From Pelotomaculum sp. (GTDB taxonomy: Bacteria > Bacillota > Desulfotomaculia > Desulfotomaculales > Pelotomaculaceae), in NCBI GenBank assembly GCA_003489345.1, contig DNIT01000188.1:79-64078 (forward strand): a DNA stretch of 64,000 bases, written 5' to 3'. The position numbers and the translations under genes were made by a program. The notes under the pieces were generated by a model. That model worked only from the letters and a program-made list of their open reading frames with translations, made no database searches and was not told where the DNA came from. Positions 9,410-18,745 of the stretch are shown here, piece by piece; positions within the stretch are counted from its first letter, which is position 1, and the number at the start of each line of letters is the position of its first letter.

Positions 9410-9480
9410 TTAATTTTTAAATCTCCCTTACTTTGGGGAGATTTTTTTATGGAGGAAATAAAAAATATGGAGTGGTAAAA

Positions 9481-10248
9481 ATGAAAACACAGTTAATTCC
9501 TTTTAGCGGGCAACAGGTGCAAGTGAATGAAGCGGAAGTTAATGGAAAGATTCAGCGGGTTATTACCTTTCGAGAAATTAGCAGCGCCTTGGGTCTTGAT
9601 ATTCGCGTAATAAGAAGGATTGTAGCAAAAGACAAAGATCTGTTTGAACCCCTGAAGGGGGTGACCAAAATGTCCACCCCTGGGGGCGAGCAATACACAA
9701 GTGTATTAACAAGGGATGGTGTTGTAGCGCTGCTGGTCAAATTATCAGCTGGTCACGTAGCGCAAGCAAAACGAGATATTATTATTGGCTTCCAGCGCTG
9801 GGCCATTGAAACCCTTGGCGAGGTCATGGATGGAACCTACAAAGACGCTTATATGCTTCGCCTGCAGCTTGAGATCGACCGTTTGAGGCTTGAGGGAGAT
9901 ATCCAGGTTAAGGCCGGGATTATCCGGGTGGTTGAAAAGTATGGCGACAGACTTTCAGGAAGCGAACTTATCCCCTTGGTATCCGGCATTCTGGGTAAAG
10001 ACATACCTGTTGAGCGAACATACAGCGCTACCGAAATAGCTGAAATATTAAGCCATGAAACCGGTCGAAAAGTATCCGCTATTAAGATTGGAAGGTTGGC
10101 AAAGGAATTAGGACTACGGGTAGACGACGGCGAGAATGAATACACCCTCATAACGGTGACTAAGGCCGCACATACAGACAAGGTAGTACAGCAGGTGAAA
10201 TACAAAAAAGCCGGGGTGGATTTAATCCGCCAGGCACTTGTAAACTAA
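9481..10248 (+). CDS. Phage antirepressor-type protein
   Basis: M.TPGG.Q and FQRWA.E.L in the N-terminal half; TYSATEIA...SA.KIGRLA in the C-terminal domain. Confidence 0.75.
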   Translation: MKTQLIPFSGQQVQVNEAEVNGKIQRVITFREISSALGLDIRVIRRIVAKDKDLFEPLKGVTKMSTPGGEQYTSVLTRDGVVALLVKLSAGHVAQAKRDIIIGFQRWAIETLGEVMDGTYKDAYMLRLQLEIDRLRLEGDIQVKAGIIRVVEKYGDRLSGSELIPLVSGILGKDIPVERTYSATEIAEILSHETGRKVSAIKIGRLAKELGLRVDDGENEYTLITVTKAAHTDKVVQQVKYKKAGVDLIRQALVN

Positions 10249-10277
10249 ACACTCTCACGCGAGGGTGTTTTTGTTTT
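10247..10277 (+). terminator. Intrinsic terminator closing the moron block
   Basis: AAACACTCTC-ACGC-GAGGGTGTTT with T-tract. Confidence 0.65.
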
Positions 10278-10298
10278 GCTGAAAGGAGGTAATCCCCC

Positions 10299-10622
10299 AT
10301 GTCCTATTACACAATTCCTCTTACATCGGACCCGAGTCAAAATTTCACATGCACGATCCCGGTCGATGGCAGAAATATCACCCTGCGGTTTCGCATTAAC
10401 TACAACGACATTGCTGGATACTGGTGGATGTCCATAACCGACTCAAGTGGCGCTCTTCTCATCGACAGCTTGCCCTTGCTGACCGGTCAAAACATCTTAG
10501 GCCAATATCAATATTTGGGCATAGGAAGCGCTTATTTGTACAATAACGGATCTTCTGAGGATAACCCTGACAATACCAACCTGGGCACAGATTTCCTGCT
10601 GATATGGGGCGACAGCGAATGA
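10299..10622 (+). CDS. Baseplate plug protein (DUF6983-like)
   Basis: IPL...P.Q.F, YN...GYW.M.I.D, PL.TG.NILGQY.YLGIG and LG.DF.L.W motifs. Confidence 0.75.
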   Translation: MSYYTIPLTSDPSQNFTCTIPVDGRNITLRFRINYNDIAGYWWMSITDSSGALLIDSLPLLTGQNILGQYQYLGIGSAYLYNNGSSEDNPDNTNLGTDFLLIWGDSE

Positions 10623-10635
10623 CGGAGGAGCGATC

Positions 10636-12039
10636 ATGTCTGATTCAAACTACATCATAAACAAGCTGGTGTCCCACGGGGTGCCGTATAACGATGCCTA
10701 CGTTCTGGCTGCCGTAGGGTTTGCTGAATCAAGCTATTATACCGGGGCAATCGGAGATACCGCCTTAGCCCCCACAAACGGGCCGTCTATCGGAGTATTC
10801 CAAATCAACATAGCCGCACATGGACCAAAATTGGCCGCATGGACCGGCAGCAATGATAGAAATGTGTGGATAAGCTGGCTAAAAAACCTCGACAACAATA
10901 TCTATGCCGCCTCGCAGGTTTATTTTTCGCAGGGCCTGGGAGCCTGGTCCATGTACAAAAACGGCGGCTATAAACCATATCTAGGGCAAAACAAAACAGT
11001 GACCTATGGAGATTCAGGGACCGCGCAGACGCAAAGCGACGATACCGGTTTTTATGATTTTCGCCAGGACATAAAAATACCGGCCACGAACTACCAGGTT
11101 GTTTTCGGCAGCGCGGCCTACGGTGATACACTTTACGGGCGTAGGTACCGGGTGCTTGTTACTGCTAGCGAAAACGGGGAAACCGCCCTGGACGTGTCCG
11201 ATCTGAAGTGCACTTTTAGTATTGTAAAAACGATGTTTATTGAGCCGAATTATTCCGAGATAACAATTTTCAACCTTTCGGCAGAAACAGAAAACGCAAT
11301 TATCCAAGAAGGCTACCGGGCAATCATTGAAGCCGGTTACGAGGGGAGCCAATACGGGATTATTTTCGACGGCATTGTTGTTCAGCCGATACGTGACAAA
11401 GAGAACGGCACCGACTATAAACTAACTCTTGTGTCGATGGATTCCGATACCTTTATGGTCTATAGCATGGTGAATTTCTCTGCCACACGAGGGCAGAATT
11501 CACGTTCGCAAGTGCAGAACATAACGAACAAGGCCAGTGTTCCGAGTCAACTTGGTACGATATCACAGAATTTTTCAGACGCAAAACTCACCCGGGGAAA
11601 GGTCTACTTCGGAATGACGGCCGACTACCTGCGCCAGCTTGCGCAGTCCCAAAGCGGCACGTTTTACATGGAGGATGGTAAAGTAAATATCATCCGCGCA
11701 GATGACTATCCGGCAGATGAGATCATTGATCTTACCCCGGAGAACGGACTCATCGGGGTGCCGACGCAGCAGGATTATGGCGTGAAGGCAAAGATGCTGT
11801 TAAATCCCAGGGTTAAGATTGGCTCATTGGTACACATAGACAACAGTTTGGTACGGAATCAGAAATACGAAATGGGGCAACCGGTCTATTTGTTGGACAA
11901 TGACGGAATATACCGAGTGATCAAACTGACTCACACAGGAGACACCAGGGGAAACGATTGGTACACGGAAATTGAAACGGTTTCGCAGTCCGGTATTCTG
12001 CCGAGCACGATCTCTACCGGCAGCGCAAATCCGTGGTAA
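10636..12039 (+). CDS. Baseplate hub with an N-terminal lysozyme/transglycosylase-like domain
   Basis: AES...S.G.FQIN...N...A...QG.GAWS.Y in the N-terminus; hub motifs I.NL...T, EAGY...IFDG, GLIG.P, LLNP and H.GDTRG..WY downstream. Confidence 0.8.
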   Translation: MSDSNYIINKLVSHGVPYNDAYVLAAVGFAESSYYTGAIGDTALAPTNGPSIGVFQINIAAHGPKLAAWTGSNDRNVWISWLKNLDNNIYAASQVYFSQGLGAWSMYKNGGYKPYLGQNKTVTYGDSGTAQTQSDDTGFYDFRQDIKIPATNYQVVFGSAAYGDTLYGRRYRVLVTASENGETALDVSDLKCTFSIVKTMFIEPNYSEITIFNLSAETENAIIQEGYRAIIEAGYEGSQYGIIFDGIVVQPIRDKENGTDYKLTLVSMDSDTFMVYSMVNFSATRGQNSRSQVQNITNKASVPSQLGTISQNFSDAKLTRGKVYFGMTADYLRQLAQSQSGTFYMEDGKVNIIRADDYPADEIIDLTPENGLIGVPTQQDYGVKAKMLLNPRVKIGSLVHIDNSLVRNQKYEMGQPVYLLDNDGIYRVIKLTHTGDTRGNDWYTEIETVSQSGILPSTISTGSANPW

Positions 12040-12051
12040 GGGGCGTAAAGC

Positions 12052-12597
12052 ATGAGGACCTTTGGTGAAAGAATAGATAGGGAAGATGAATTTTACCGTC
12101 GCCTATCTGACAAAATCAAAAACGATATCCGGGTGGCAATACCCGGGATAGTGCAATCGTTTAATTCTGCGGAACAAACGGTTACGGTGCAACCGGTGCT
12201 CAGAGAAAGGGTCAGAGAGCAAAACGGTGATTTGTCCTTTGTAAATCTACCCCTATTTCTGGACGTTCCGATAATATTTCCCCGCGCCGGTGGTTTTGTT
12301 TTGACCATGCCCGTGCAACCAGGAGACGAATGCCTGGTTATTTTCGGGGACATGTGCATTGACGCCTGGTGGTCCAATGGCGGGGTGCAAAACCAGATTG
12401 AAAAACGAAGGCATGATCTATCGGACGGGTTTGCAATTCTGGGCGTATGGAGCCAACCGAGGCGCGTATCCGGCTACAGTTCTAGTTCGGCGCAGCTACG
12501 GACGGAGGACGGTGCAACTCGTATTGATTTGCGGCCGGGAGAAATAGATTTGGTCGCGGATAGCGTGAAAATCAACGGTACGCCAATAGGGAGTTGA
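12052..12597 (+). CDS. Gp138-family baseplate spike
   Basis: PGIVQSF, DVP..FP..GGF..T.PV..GDECL.IF.D.CID.WW and R.HDLSD motifs. Confidence 0.9.
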   Translation: MRTFGERIDREDEFYRRLSDKIKNDIRVAIPGIVQSFNSAEQTVTVQPVLRERVREQNGDLSFVNLPLFLDVPIIFPRAGGFVLTMPVQPGDECLVIFGDMCIDAWWSNGGVQNQIEKRRHDLSDGFAILGVWSQPRRVSGYSSSSAQLRTEDGATRIDLRPGEIDLVADSVKINGTPIGS

Positions 12598-12962
12598 TTA
12601 ATTTGCTCTACAGGAGACTTGATGCAAGCGGAGATTATTCCTTTGGAAAGTCAAAACAGGATTTCCTCAGCGGCGCGGAAGCGGTAGCGCAGGCGGTCAA
12701 GACCAATCTGCTGCTCCTAAAGGGCGAATGGTGGGAAGATGTGGCGCAAGGATTGCCGCTGTTTCAAAGCATACTAGGACAGCCCGGAATTACAGAAAAT
12801 ATCAGGGCAGCTGATTTAATCATCAAGGAGCGTATTGCAGCCACAAAAGGCGTTTCTTCAATTGATGATTTTCAAAGCGATTACAGCAGCCGCAATTATT
12901 CCATTGTCTGCACCATTACCGCTTACACAGGAGAAACAAGTACCGTGGAGGTGAGTTTGTAG
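12594..12962 (+). CDS. Baseplate wedge subunit (gp25/DUF2634-like)
   Basis: R.LD..GDY.FG and AVAQAV.T.L.L..GEWW.D...G.P motifs. Confidence 0.8.
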   Translation: MINLLYRRLDASGDYSFGKSKQDFLSGAEAVAQAVKTNLLLLKGEWWEDVAQGLPLFQSILGQPGITENIRAADLIIKERIAATKGVSSIDDFQSDYSSRNYSIVCTITAYTGETSTVEVSL

Positions 12963-14149
12963 TGGCCTATTTCGCTCCGTATGTTGATGAATCAGGGTTC
13001 CACATGCCAACCTATGCCGATGTCCGGGATGACCTCATAGTACAGGCAAAATCAATTTTTGGTCAGGATATCTACCTCGAAGCAGACAGCCAGGACTACC
13101 AATGGATATCAGCGGTGGCCCTAAAAATCTACGACACTTTTTTAGCCGCGCAACTTGCGTATAACAACAGAAGTCCCAGTTTCGCCATCGGGGCCGCTCT
13201 GGACGGGCTTGTTAAAATCAATGGGATCGAGCGGAATCCTTCTACCTACTCTGCTCGTTTCTCTGCCTGTCCTGTAGTATTAGCCGGAACGGCAGGAACC
13301 ACGATAAGCAACGGTATTATTCAAGATATCAGCGGTTACTACTGGAGCTTGCCCAGTTCCGTTGTGATACCTTCCGGCGGCAGCGCAACGGTAACGGCAA
13401 CTTGTCAAACAGCGGGCGCGATAGCGGCAAATCCAGGCGATATCAACATAATCACCACACCCACCTATGGGTGGACTTCAGTAAACAATTTGCTTGCGGC
13501 CACTATCGGCGTCGCGGTTGAGAAAGATTCTGCGCTGCGCATACGGCAAAGCATCAGCACGGCGCAACCGAGTCAAACCGTGCTGGAGGGAACAAAAGGA
13601 GCCATTGCGGCGGTTGACGGGGTAACCCGGTTTGAAGTCTATGAAAATGATACAAGCGAAGTAGACGCAAGCGGACTTCCGGCGCATAGCATTACGCCTG
13701 TTGTAGAAGGCGGAGAAGAGCAGGCGATTGCCGAGGCCGTATATTACAAAAAAGGTCCAGGCTGCTATACCAACGGAACAACTGAAGTAAATTTGACTGA
13801 TTCATACGGACAGATTACGGCAATTAGATTTTACCGGCCGGATTACGTGGATATTGATGCTGTAATTAATGTTAAACAGCTAACCGGTTATACATCACAA
13901 ACAACGGCAGACATTAAATCTGCCGTTGTAGCATATTTGAACAGTCTGGCGATAGGAGACGATCTTGCTATTTCCAGCCTTTGGGGCGCGGCTCTTTCGG
14001 CCATGTCAAACCTGGCAAAGCCATCTTTCTCAATTACTTCATTGACCGCGGCAAAACATGGAGGAGCACAGGCTACAGCTGACATTGCAATCGCATTCAA
14101 CGAAGTGGTAAGGGGCAATTCTTCTTACATTACCATTAATGTGACTTAG
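12962..14149 (+). CDS. Baseplate J/gp47 family protein
   Basis: A.G..LD, GW.SV.N, E.D..LR.R and YEN.T...D..G.P.HSI..VV.GG motifs. Confidence 0.9.
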   Translation: MAYFAPYVDESGFHMPTYADVRDDLIVQAKSIFGQDIYLEADSQDYQWISAVALKIYDTFLAAQLAYNNRSPSFAIGAALDGLVKINGIERNPSTYSARFSACPVVLAGTAGTTISNGIIQDISGYYWSLPSSVVIPSGGSATVTATCQTAGAIAANPGDINIITTPTYGWTSVNNLLAATIGVAVEKDSALRIRQSISTAQPSQTVLEGTKGAIAAVDGVTRFEVYENDTSEVDASGLPAHSITPVVEGGEEQAIAEAVYYKKGPGCYTNGTTEVNLTDSYGQITAIRFYRPDYVDIDAVINVKQLTGYTSQTTADIKSAVVAYLNSLAIGDDLAISSLWGAALSAMSNLAKPSFSITSLTAAKHGGAQATADIAIAFNEVVRGNSSYITINVT

Positions 14150-14154
14150 CAGGG

Positions 14155-14739
14155 GTGGTGTCAAATTTGGCTGATATACAAAAATATATAGACTTGATCA
14201 CCTCACAGCACAAGGATAAGCCGAAGTTTATTGCGTGGCTGACGGCCCATCTGGATATCGCAGACGACGCTAAAAGCCTTCTGGATGCCCTTGATAACTA
14301 TTTTGATATTGATAGCGCCGTAGGAACTCAGTTGGACATCCTGGGAGAAAAGATAGGCCGGGCCAGGGTGCTTACTTTTCAGCCGACGGACGGCTCCAGT
14401 CCCGTTCTTGAGGATGAAATGTATAGGCTTATCTTGAAGGCGAAAATAGCGCAAAATCAATGGGACGGCACCATAAACCAGATCTATGATCTTTGGTACA
14501 GCATATTCGATCAGGTTTATCTGGTATTAAAAGACAATCAAAACATGACATTGGACGTTCTAATTCTTGGTTTATCTACCGATTTAGAAAAGGATCTGGT
14601 GGCAAACGGCTATATAATACCAAAGCCGCAGGGCGTGAAGATAAACTATGCGTATTCTGCGACGGAAATTTTTGCCTATGGCATGGATAATGACAATTTC
14701 AAAGGTTACGGCGAAGGGTATTGGCTGCAGTATCTTTAG
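14155..14739 (+). CDS. DUF2612 baseplate wedge protein
   Basis: LITSQH..KPKF, FDID.A.G.QLDILG, KI..N.WDGT and PKP.GV motifs. Confidence 0.85.
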   Translation: MVSNLADIQKYIDLITSQHKDKPKFIAWLTAHLDIADDAKSLLDALDNYFDIDSAVGTQLDILGEKIGRARVLTFQPTDGSSPVLEDEMYRLILKAKIAQNQWDGTINQIYDLWYSIFDQVYLVLKDNQNMTLDVLILGLSTDLEKDLVANGYIIPKPQGVKINYAYSATEIFAYGMDNDNFKGYGEGYWLQYL

Positions 14740-14754
14740 GGGAGGGGAATTTAA

Positions 14755-16038
14755 TTGGCTGGTAGCAATATATTTAAGGTCTTCAATGAGAGTTTCAGCA
14801 ACGCTCAATCGAACGCTGACTATTTAGCTGAAACGCAAAGAGTGAGCGGCCTTTCTGACGGAATTGCAAAAACCACGATGCACAACAAGCTTTTTAGGCA
14901 GCTATCTATTATGGTGGCGGCGCTGGGGGAAACAATCAAGAACGAGGGAGGTGTCGCTAGCGACGCAGACCTGACGGCTTTGGTTCAAGCTATTTCGGAT
15001 TCTCTGATTTTGACATCACATTTCAACACGCATTTGTCCGATTATATTCGCCAGCCCGCATATGCCACTGCGACAGGCGCGGCGAATACCTACGCCGTGA
15101 CGCTCAATCCTGCTCCCGGCTCATACGTTGAGGGTATGGCAGTCGCGGTAAAAATAAACACCAACAACACCGGGGCATCGACACTCAACGTCAACGGGTT
15201 GGGTGCAAAGACCATAAAGAAACCAAATGGGAGCGACGTTGTATCCGGAAACCTAAAGGCAGCCAGCGTTTACACAATGAGGTACAACGGCACAAATTTT
15301 ATCTTACAGGGTAGTGATGCCGCCGGAAACGCTATACCTGCTAATGTGTCAGCCGGCAAGACCTTTTCAAATGATCAAGGGAGTGATCAAGTTGGTACGA
15401 TGCCTTACCGGGGGGCAGTGGTGCTTACACCCGGAACCGCAAATCAGGCAATAGCCGCAGGGGAGCACAATGGCAGTGGCTATGTGCTGGGTGACCCTGA
15501 CCTCGTAGCGGGAAACATCAAGTCTGGTGTAAATATTTTCGGCACTACGGGCAACCTGGCGCGACCAGGCATAAAGAGCATACAAAAAGGCACGGTCGCC
15601 GTTGGGGTGACTTCTGTCACCATTAGTGCCGTAGATACAGCTAAGAGTGTTACTTTATATAACTTCAAACCCAATGGAAGCAAAAACCTTTCAATAAATG
15701 ACCCAATGGGCCGCGTTCACCTGGCGAATTCAAATACTCTTGAAGTTGGGGGCTCTTGTTATTCCGAGTTGTATTGGATGGTTATAGAATTCGAGGAAGG
15801 AGTATCTGTTCAGCGGGGTATGGCAAACCCAAACAATGGCGCCGTCACAATAAGTTCGGTCAATGTTAATCGTTCAATACCTATCTTTAGCGGTAGTGAT
15901 TCCAGTTCTGAGCTTGAGGCTGGTTGTGTCTATGCGTGGTATGCGGGGTTATACTTGTCGTCTGGCACCCAGTTATCATTTCGAACAGACTCGTTATACC
16001 CATTCTATTTATGGTGGCAGGTCATCACATTTCTATAA
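14755..16038 (+). CDS. Tail fibre/receptor-binding protein
   Basis: NK..RQ.S baseplate-anchor start; NTGASTLNVNGLGAK.I; NIKSGVNIFG; two IQ.G/VQRG...W.VI.F beta repeats at the tip. Confidence 0.85.
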   Translation: MAGSNIFKVFNESFSNAQSNADYLAETQRVSGLSDGIAKTTMHNKLFRQLSIMVAALGETIKNEGGVASDADLTALVQAISDSLILTSHFNTHLSDYIRQPAYATATGAANTYAVTLNPAPGSYVEGMAVAVKINTNNTGASTLNVNGLGAKTIKKPNGSDVVSGNLKAASVYTMRYNGTNFILQGSDAAGNAIPANVSAGKTFSNDQGSDQVGTMPYRGAVVLTPGTANQAIAAGEHNGSGYVLGDPDLVAGNIKSGVNIFGTTGNLARPGIKSIQKGTVAVGVTSVTISAVDTAKSVTLYNFKPNGSKNLSINDPMGRVHLANSNTLEVGGSCYSELYWMVIEFEEGVSVQRGMANPNNGAVTISSVNVNRSIPIFSGSDSSSELEAGCVYAWYAGLYLSSGTQLSFRTDSLYPFYLWWQVITFL

Positions 16039-16052
16039 GGGAGGAGTATTTT

Positions 16053-16295
16053 ATGATTTATGCACAATTGAATGAAAATAACATTTGCATTGGTGTATCC
16101 CAGTTATCTGGCACGGTCGAAGCACCGAATATGATCCAAATCGATACCATAGATACGGATAAAATCTGGCGCAAGTACGAAAACGGGCAATGGTCAGCCG
16201 AGAAATACGAACCGCAGAGCACAGCTCCGTTGACTGAATTTGAGCAGCTCCGCGCTGACGTTGACCAACTGATTATCTCATCTCTGGGGGTGTAG
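16053..16295 (+). CDS. Tail fibre-associated protein (XkdW-like position)
   Basis: SD GGGAGGAG; YAQL.E.NIC.G.SQL start; directly follows the fibre gene. Confidence 0.7.
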   Translation: MIYAQLNENNICIGVSQLSGTVEAPNMIQIDTIDTDKIWRKYENGQWSAEKYEPQSTAPLTEFEQLRADVDQLIISSLGV

Positions 16296-16298
16296 CTA

Positions 16299-16430
16299 AT
16301 GTCTCCAATGTATCCTACGCTGGAAAGGTTGTACAACGAGGGCAAGCTGAACGCGACGCTGCTTAATAATGCGGTGGCGGTTAAAGGGTGGATCACTGAG
16401 CAAGAAAAGCAGCAAATCATAGCTGGATAA
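16299..16430 (+). CDS. XkdX-like small protein
   Basis: 43 aa; L.RLY..G.L......AV.KGWIT..E...I pattern. Not in the ORF track. Confidence 0.75.
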   Translation: MSPMYPTLERLYNEGKLNATLLNNAVAVKGWITEQEKQQIIAG

Positions 16431-16501
16431 ACAAGAGCGCAAGGCCCCCGCACGGGGGTGGGGACCTCCTGCGGGGTTGCGGATGGGGCTCCGCGCCTTG
16501 C
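16431..16501 (-). ncRNA. Predicted three-way-junction RNA between the fibre and lysis genes
   Basis: Closing stem GCAAGGC/GCCTTGC with two GC-rich arms; minus-strand promoter TGGACG-17-TACAAT at 16536-16508. Confidence 0.45.
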
Positions 16502-16525
16502 AAGACTATTGTACCTGAGTAACTG

Positions 16526-16555
16526 GGCGGCGTCCATGGGAGACGTTGCCTTTTT
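16526..16555 (+). terminator. Intrinsic terminator before the holin
   Basis: GGCGGCGTC-N7-GACGTTGCC followed by TTTTT. Confidence 0.6.
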
Positions 16556-16584
16556 GCTACAATTTTACAGGGGGTGGGAGTGGG

Positions 16585-16989
16585 TTGGATCAGTGGAACG
16601 TATATAAAGCAATAGTGGCGGCAGGCGGTGCGACCGCCTCTTATTTATTTGGGGGGTGGTCGTCATTGTTGGGGGTTTTGTTGACCTTTGTGGTAGCGGA
16701 CTATGTAACCGGCATGATGGCCGCAGGCGTAGAGGGCGGGCTAAACAGTGAAGTTGGGATGAAAGGGATACCGAAGAAGGTATGTATTTTTATCCTTGTT
16801 GCTGTTGCCAACCTGGTTGACACATCCATAGGGGATGCGCATTTTTTCAGGGATGCAACGATATTCTTCTATCTTGCCAATGAACTGTTGAGCATTATCG
16901 AAAACATTGGCAGGATTGGCTTACCTATCCCTGATGCAATTAAAAAGGCTGTTGAAGTATTAGGAGGGAAGGGGAAGGCGGGAAAATGA
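16585..16989 (+). CDS. Holin (Phage_holin_4_1/TcdE-like)
   Basis: DYVTG...A, S..G..GI.KK and FY.ANE..SI.EN..R.G.PIP motifs. Confidence 0.9.
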   Translation: MDQWNVYKAIVAAGGATASYLFGGWSSLLGVLLTFVVADYVTGMMAAGVEGGLNSEVGMKGIPKKVCIFILVAVANLVDTSIGDAHFFRDATIFFYLANELLSIIENIGRIGLPIPDAIKKAVEVLGGKGKAGK

Positions 16990-17720
16990 ACATCATTGAG
17001 GAGCAATACGCTTGGAACGGAGCGCTATCCTACCGGGACAGCACCAAGTACATTGTCCTGCACCATGAAGCAGGCTGGGGGACAGCGCAGGAAATCCACA
17101 GAGAGCACGTCAAGAATGGCTGGGTAGGCATCGGATATAACTTTTACGTCCGGAAGGATGGATCTATCTATCGTGGCCGACCAATCAATGCCGAGGGCGC
17201 ACACACGAAGGGGTACAACTCTGTATCTGTTGGCATCTGCGCGGAAGGTTATTACCATCCCGCGCCGGCCGGGGCAAAGATACAACCGGATAAGGTGATG
17301 CCGGAAGCGCAGAAGAAGAGCCTGGCCGAACTCGTGGCCTATTGCCGCAAGCTATACCCCAACGCTGAGGTTGTAGGGCACCGTGACCTGGTAGCTACGG
17401 CCTGCCCGGGAGACTATTTCCCATTTGATGAAATTCTGGTGCTGGTGGGCCAGAAAGAAAACCGAGAAGAAGGAGACGATGGAGAAGTGGTAAGGTACCA
17501 AAAGCTTAACGATATCCCTAACGAATACGGGTTTAGGGGCATCGTAGAAACCTTGATGAACGCGAAAATTGTTAACGGTGATGGGTCTGATAGTACCGGC
17601 AATGATGATGTGATTGACCTGAGCCATGATCAGGTACGTACGCTGGTGTTTTTGTATCGGGGCGGGGCATTCGACCGGCAGCTGATCGCTATGGGATTAG
17701 ACCCAGCGGTAAATGGTTAG
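16986..17720 (+). CDS. Endolysin, N-acetylmuramoyl-L-alanine amidase (Amidase_2)
   Basis: IVLHH, GW.GIGY.F, GAH..GYN..SVGIC and GHRD...TACPG motifs. Confidence 0.92.
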   Translation: MNIIEEQYAWNGALSYRDSTKYIVLHHEAGWGTAQEIHREHVKNGWVGIGYNFYVRKDGSIYRGRPINAEGAHTKGYNSVSVGICAEGYYHPAPAGAKIQPDKVMPEAQKKSLAELVAYCRKLYPNAEVVGHRDLVATACPGDYFPFDEILVLVGQKENREEGDDGEVVRYQKLNDIPNEYGFRGIVETLMNAKIVNGDGSDSTGNDDVIDLSHDQVRTLVFLYRGGAFDRQLIAMGLDPAVNG

Positions 17721-17733
17721 GAGGTGTAGATAC

Positions 17734-18744
17734 TTGTTTAGTCAAAAACCAATGGCTCTTTTCCCGTATCAAACGCAGGATGTCGCCCCGCAGGCAGAGC
17801 TGCCCTGGAATATTACCCAAGTCAATGCGCCGTCCTTCTGGCAGAAAACCAAAGGGGACGGCGTTGTTGTTGCCATCATCGATACTGGCCTGGACGTTAG
17901 TCATGCTGAGTTTGCCGGGCGCATTGTGGCCGGTAGGAACTTTACCACCGACAGCGCCGCGGACGCAGACGGCCACGGCACTAATGTAGCCGGCATTATC
18001 GGCGGGGCAAATACAGGTGTCGCTCCCGGGTGCCGGATCATGCCATTGAAAGTGTTCGGCAGTGGAAACGGCTTTGCTTTTCAGGATGCGTTTCGCTATA
18101 TCCGTGAATACAACAGCAAGGCAGCTGATGCCGACAAGGTTGTAGCCGTGAACTGCTCATGGGGTGGCTCCTACGACCCAGTCATCCATTACATTATTCG
18201 CGAGTTGGTTAACGAGGGTGTGGGCGTGATCGTTTCGGCCGGAAATGCTGGCGACGGTGACCCAGAAACATCTGAGATATGGAACTGGCCGGGATTCTTG
18301 TGGGAGCCGATCACGGTCGGAGCGCTGAACCAGGACGGGCAGCCGGCAGGCTACAGCTCCAGCTACGATGGCATTGACCTGGGCGCGCCTGGGACGCTGA
18401 TATACTCTGCCTGGCCAGGTGGGGGCTACAAGCTCCTGTCAGGTACCAGCATGGCCGCGCCGCACGTCACCGGGGCCTATGCGCTTTTGGTAGCGGCGTT
18501 TAAGCAACGTGAGGGGCGGCTGCCGAGAGGGGATGAGGTTGAGTGCATTCTCTTCAAGCACATCAAGGCTACTGGGGCTGACGAGAGACTATCCGGGACC
18601 GGCATCTTGGACTTGACCTATGAGACCAAGAGGTGGCCGCTGTATCGGGTGCAGACTGGGGCGTTCTATAACGAGGCAGGAGCTGATACTACCAAGGAAA
18701 GTCTTGTTGTTGCCGGGTTCTCTGCCTACAAAGTGAGGTATTAG
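17734..18744 (+). CDS. Subtilisin-like S8 serine protease with a short C-terminal SPOR-like segment
   Basis: Catalytic triad motifs IIDTG, HGT.VAG and GTSMAAP; C-terminal YRVQTGAF. Confidence 0.9.
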   Translation: MFSQKPMALFPYQTQDVAPQAELPWNITQVNAPSFWQKTKGDGVVVAIIDTGLDVSHAEFAGRIVAGRNFTTDSAADADGHGTNVAGIIGGANTGVAPGCRIMPLKVFGSGNGFAFQDAFRYIREYNSKAADADKVVAVNCSWGGSYDPVIHYIIRELVNEGVGVIVSAGNAGDGDPETSEIWNWPGFLWEPITVGALNQDGQPAGYSSSYDGIDLGAPGTLIYSAWPGGGYKLLSGTSMAAPHVTGAYALLVAAFKQREGRLPRGDEVECILFKHIKATGADERLSGTGILDLTYETKRWPLYRVQTGAFYNEAGADTTKESLVVAGFSAYKVRY

Positions 18745-18745
18745 T

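Noticed and set aside
14755-16555. Diversity-generating retroelement or invertible cassette acting on the tail fibre
   Set aside because: No reverse transcriptase or invertase in the window, and no second copy of the fibre 3' end was seen.
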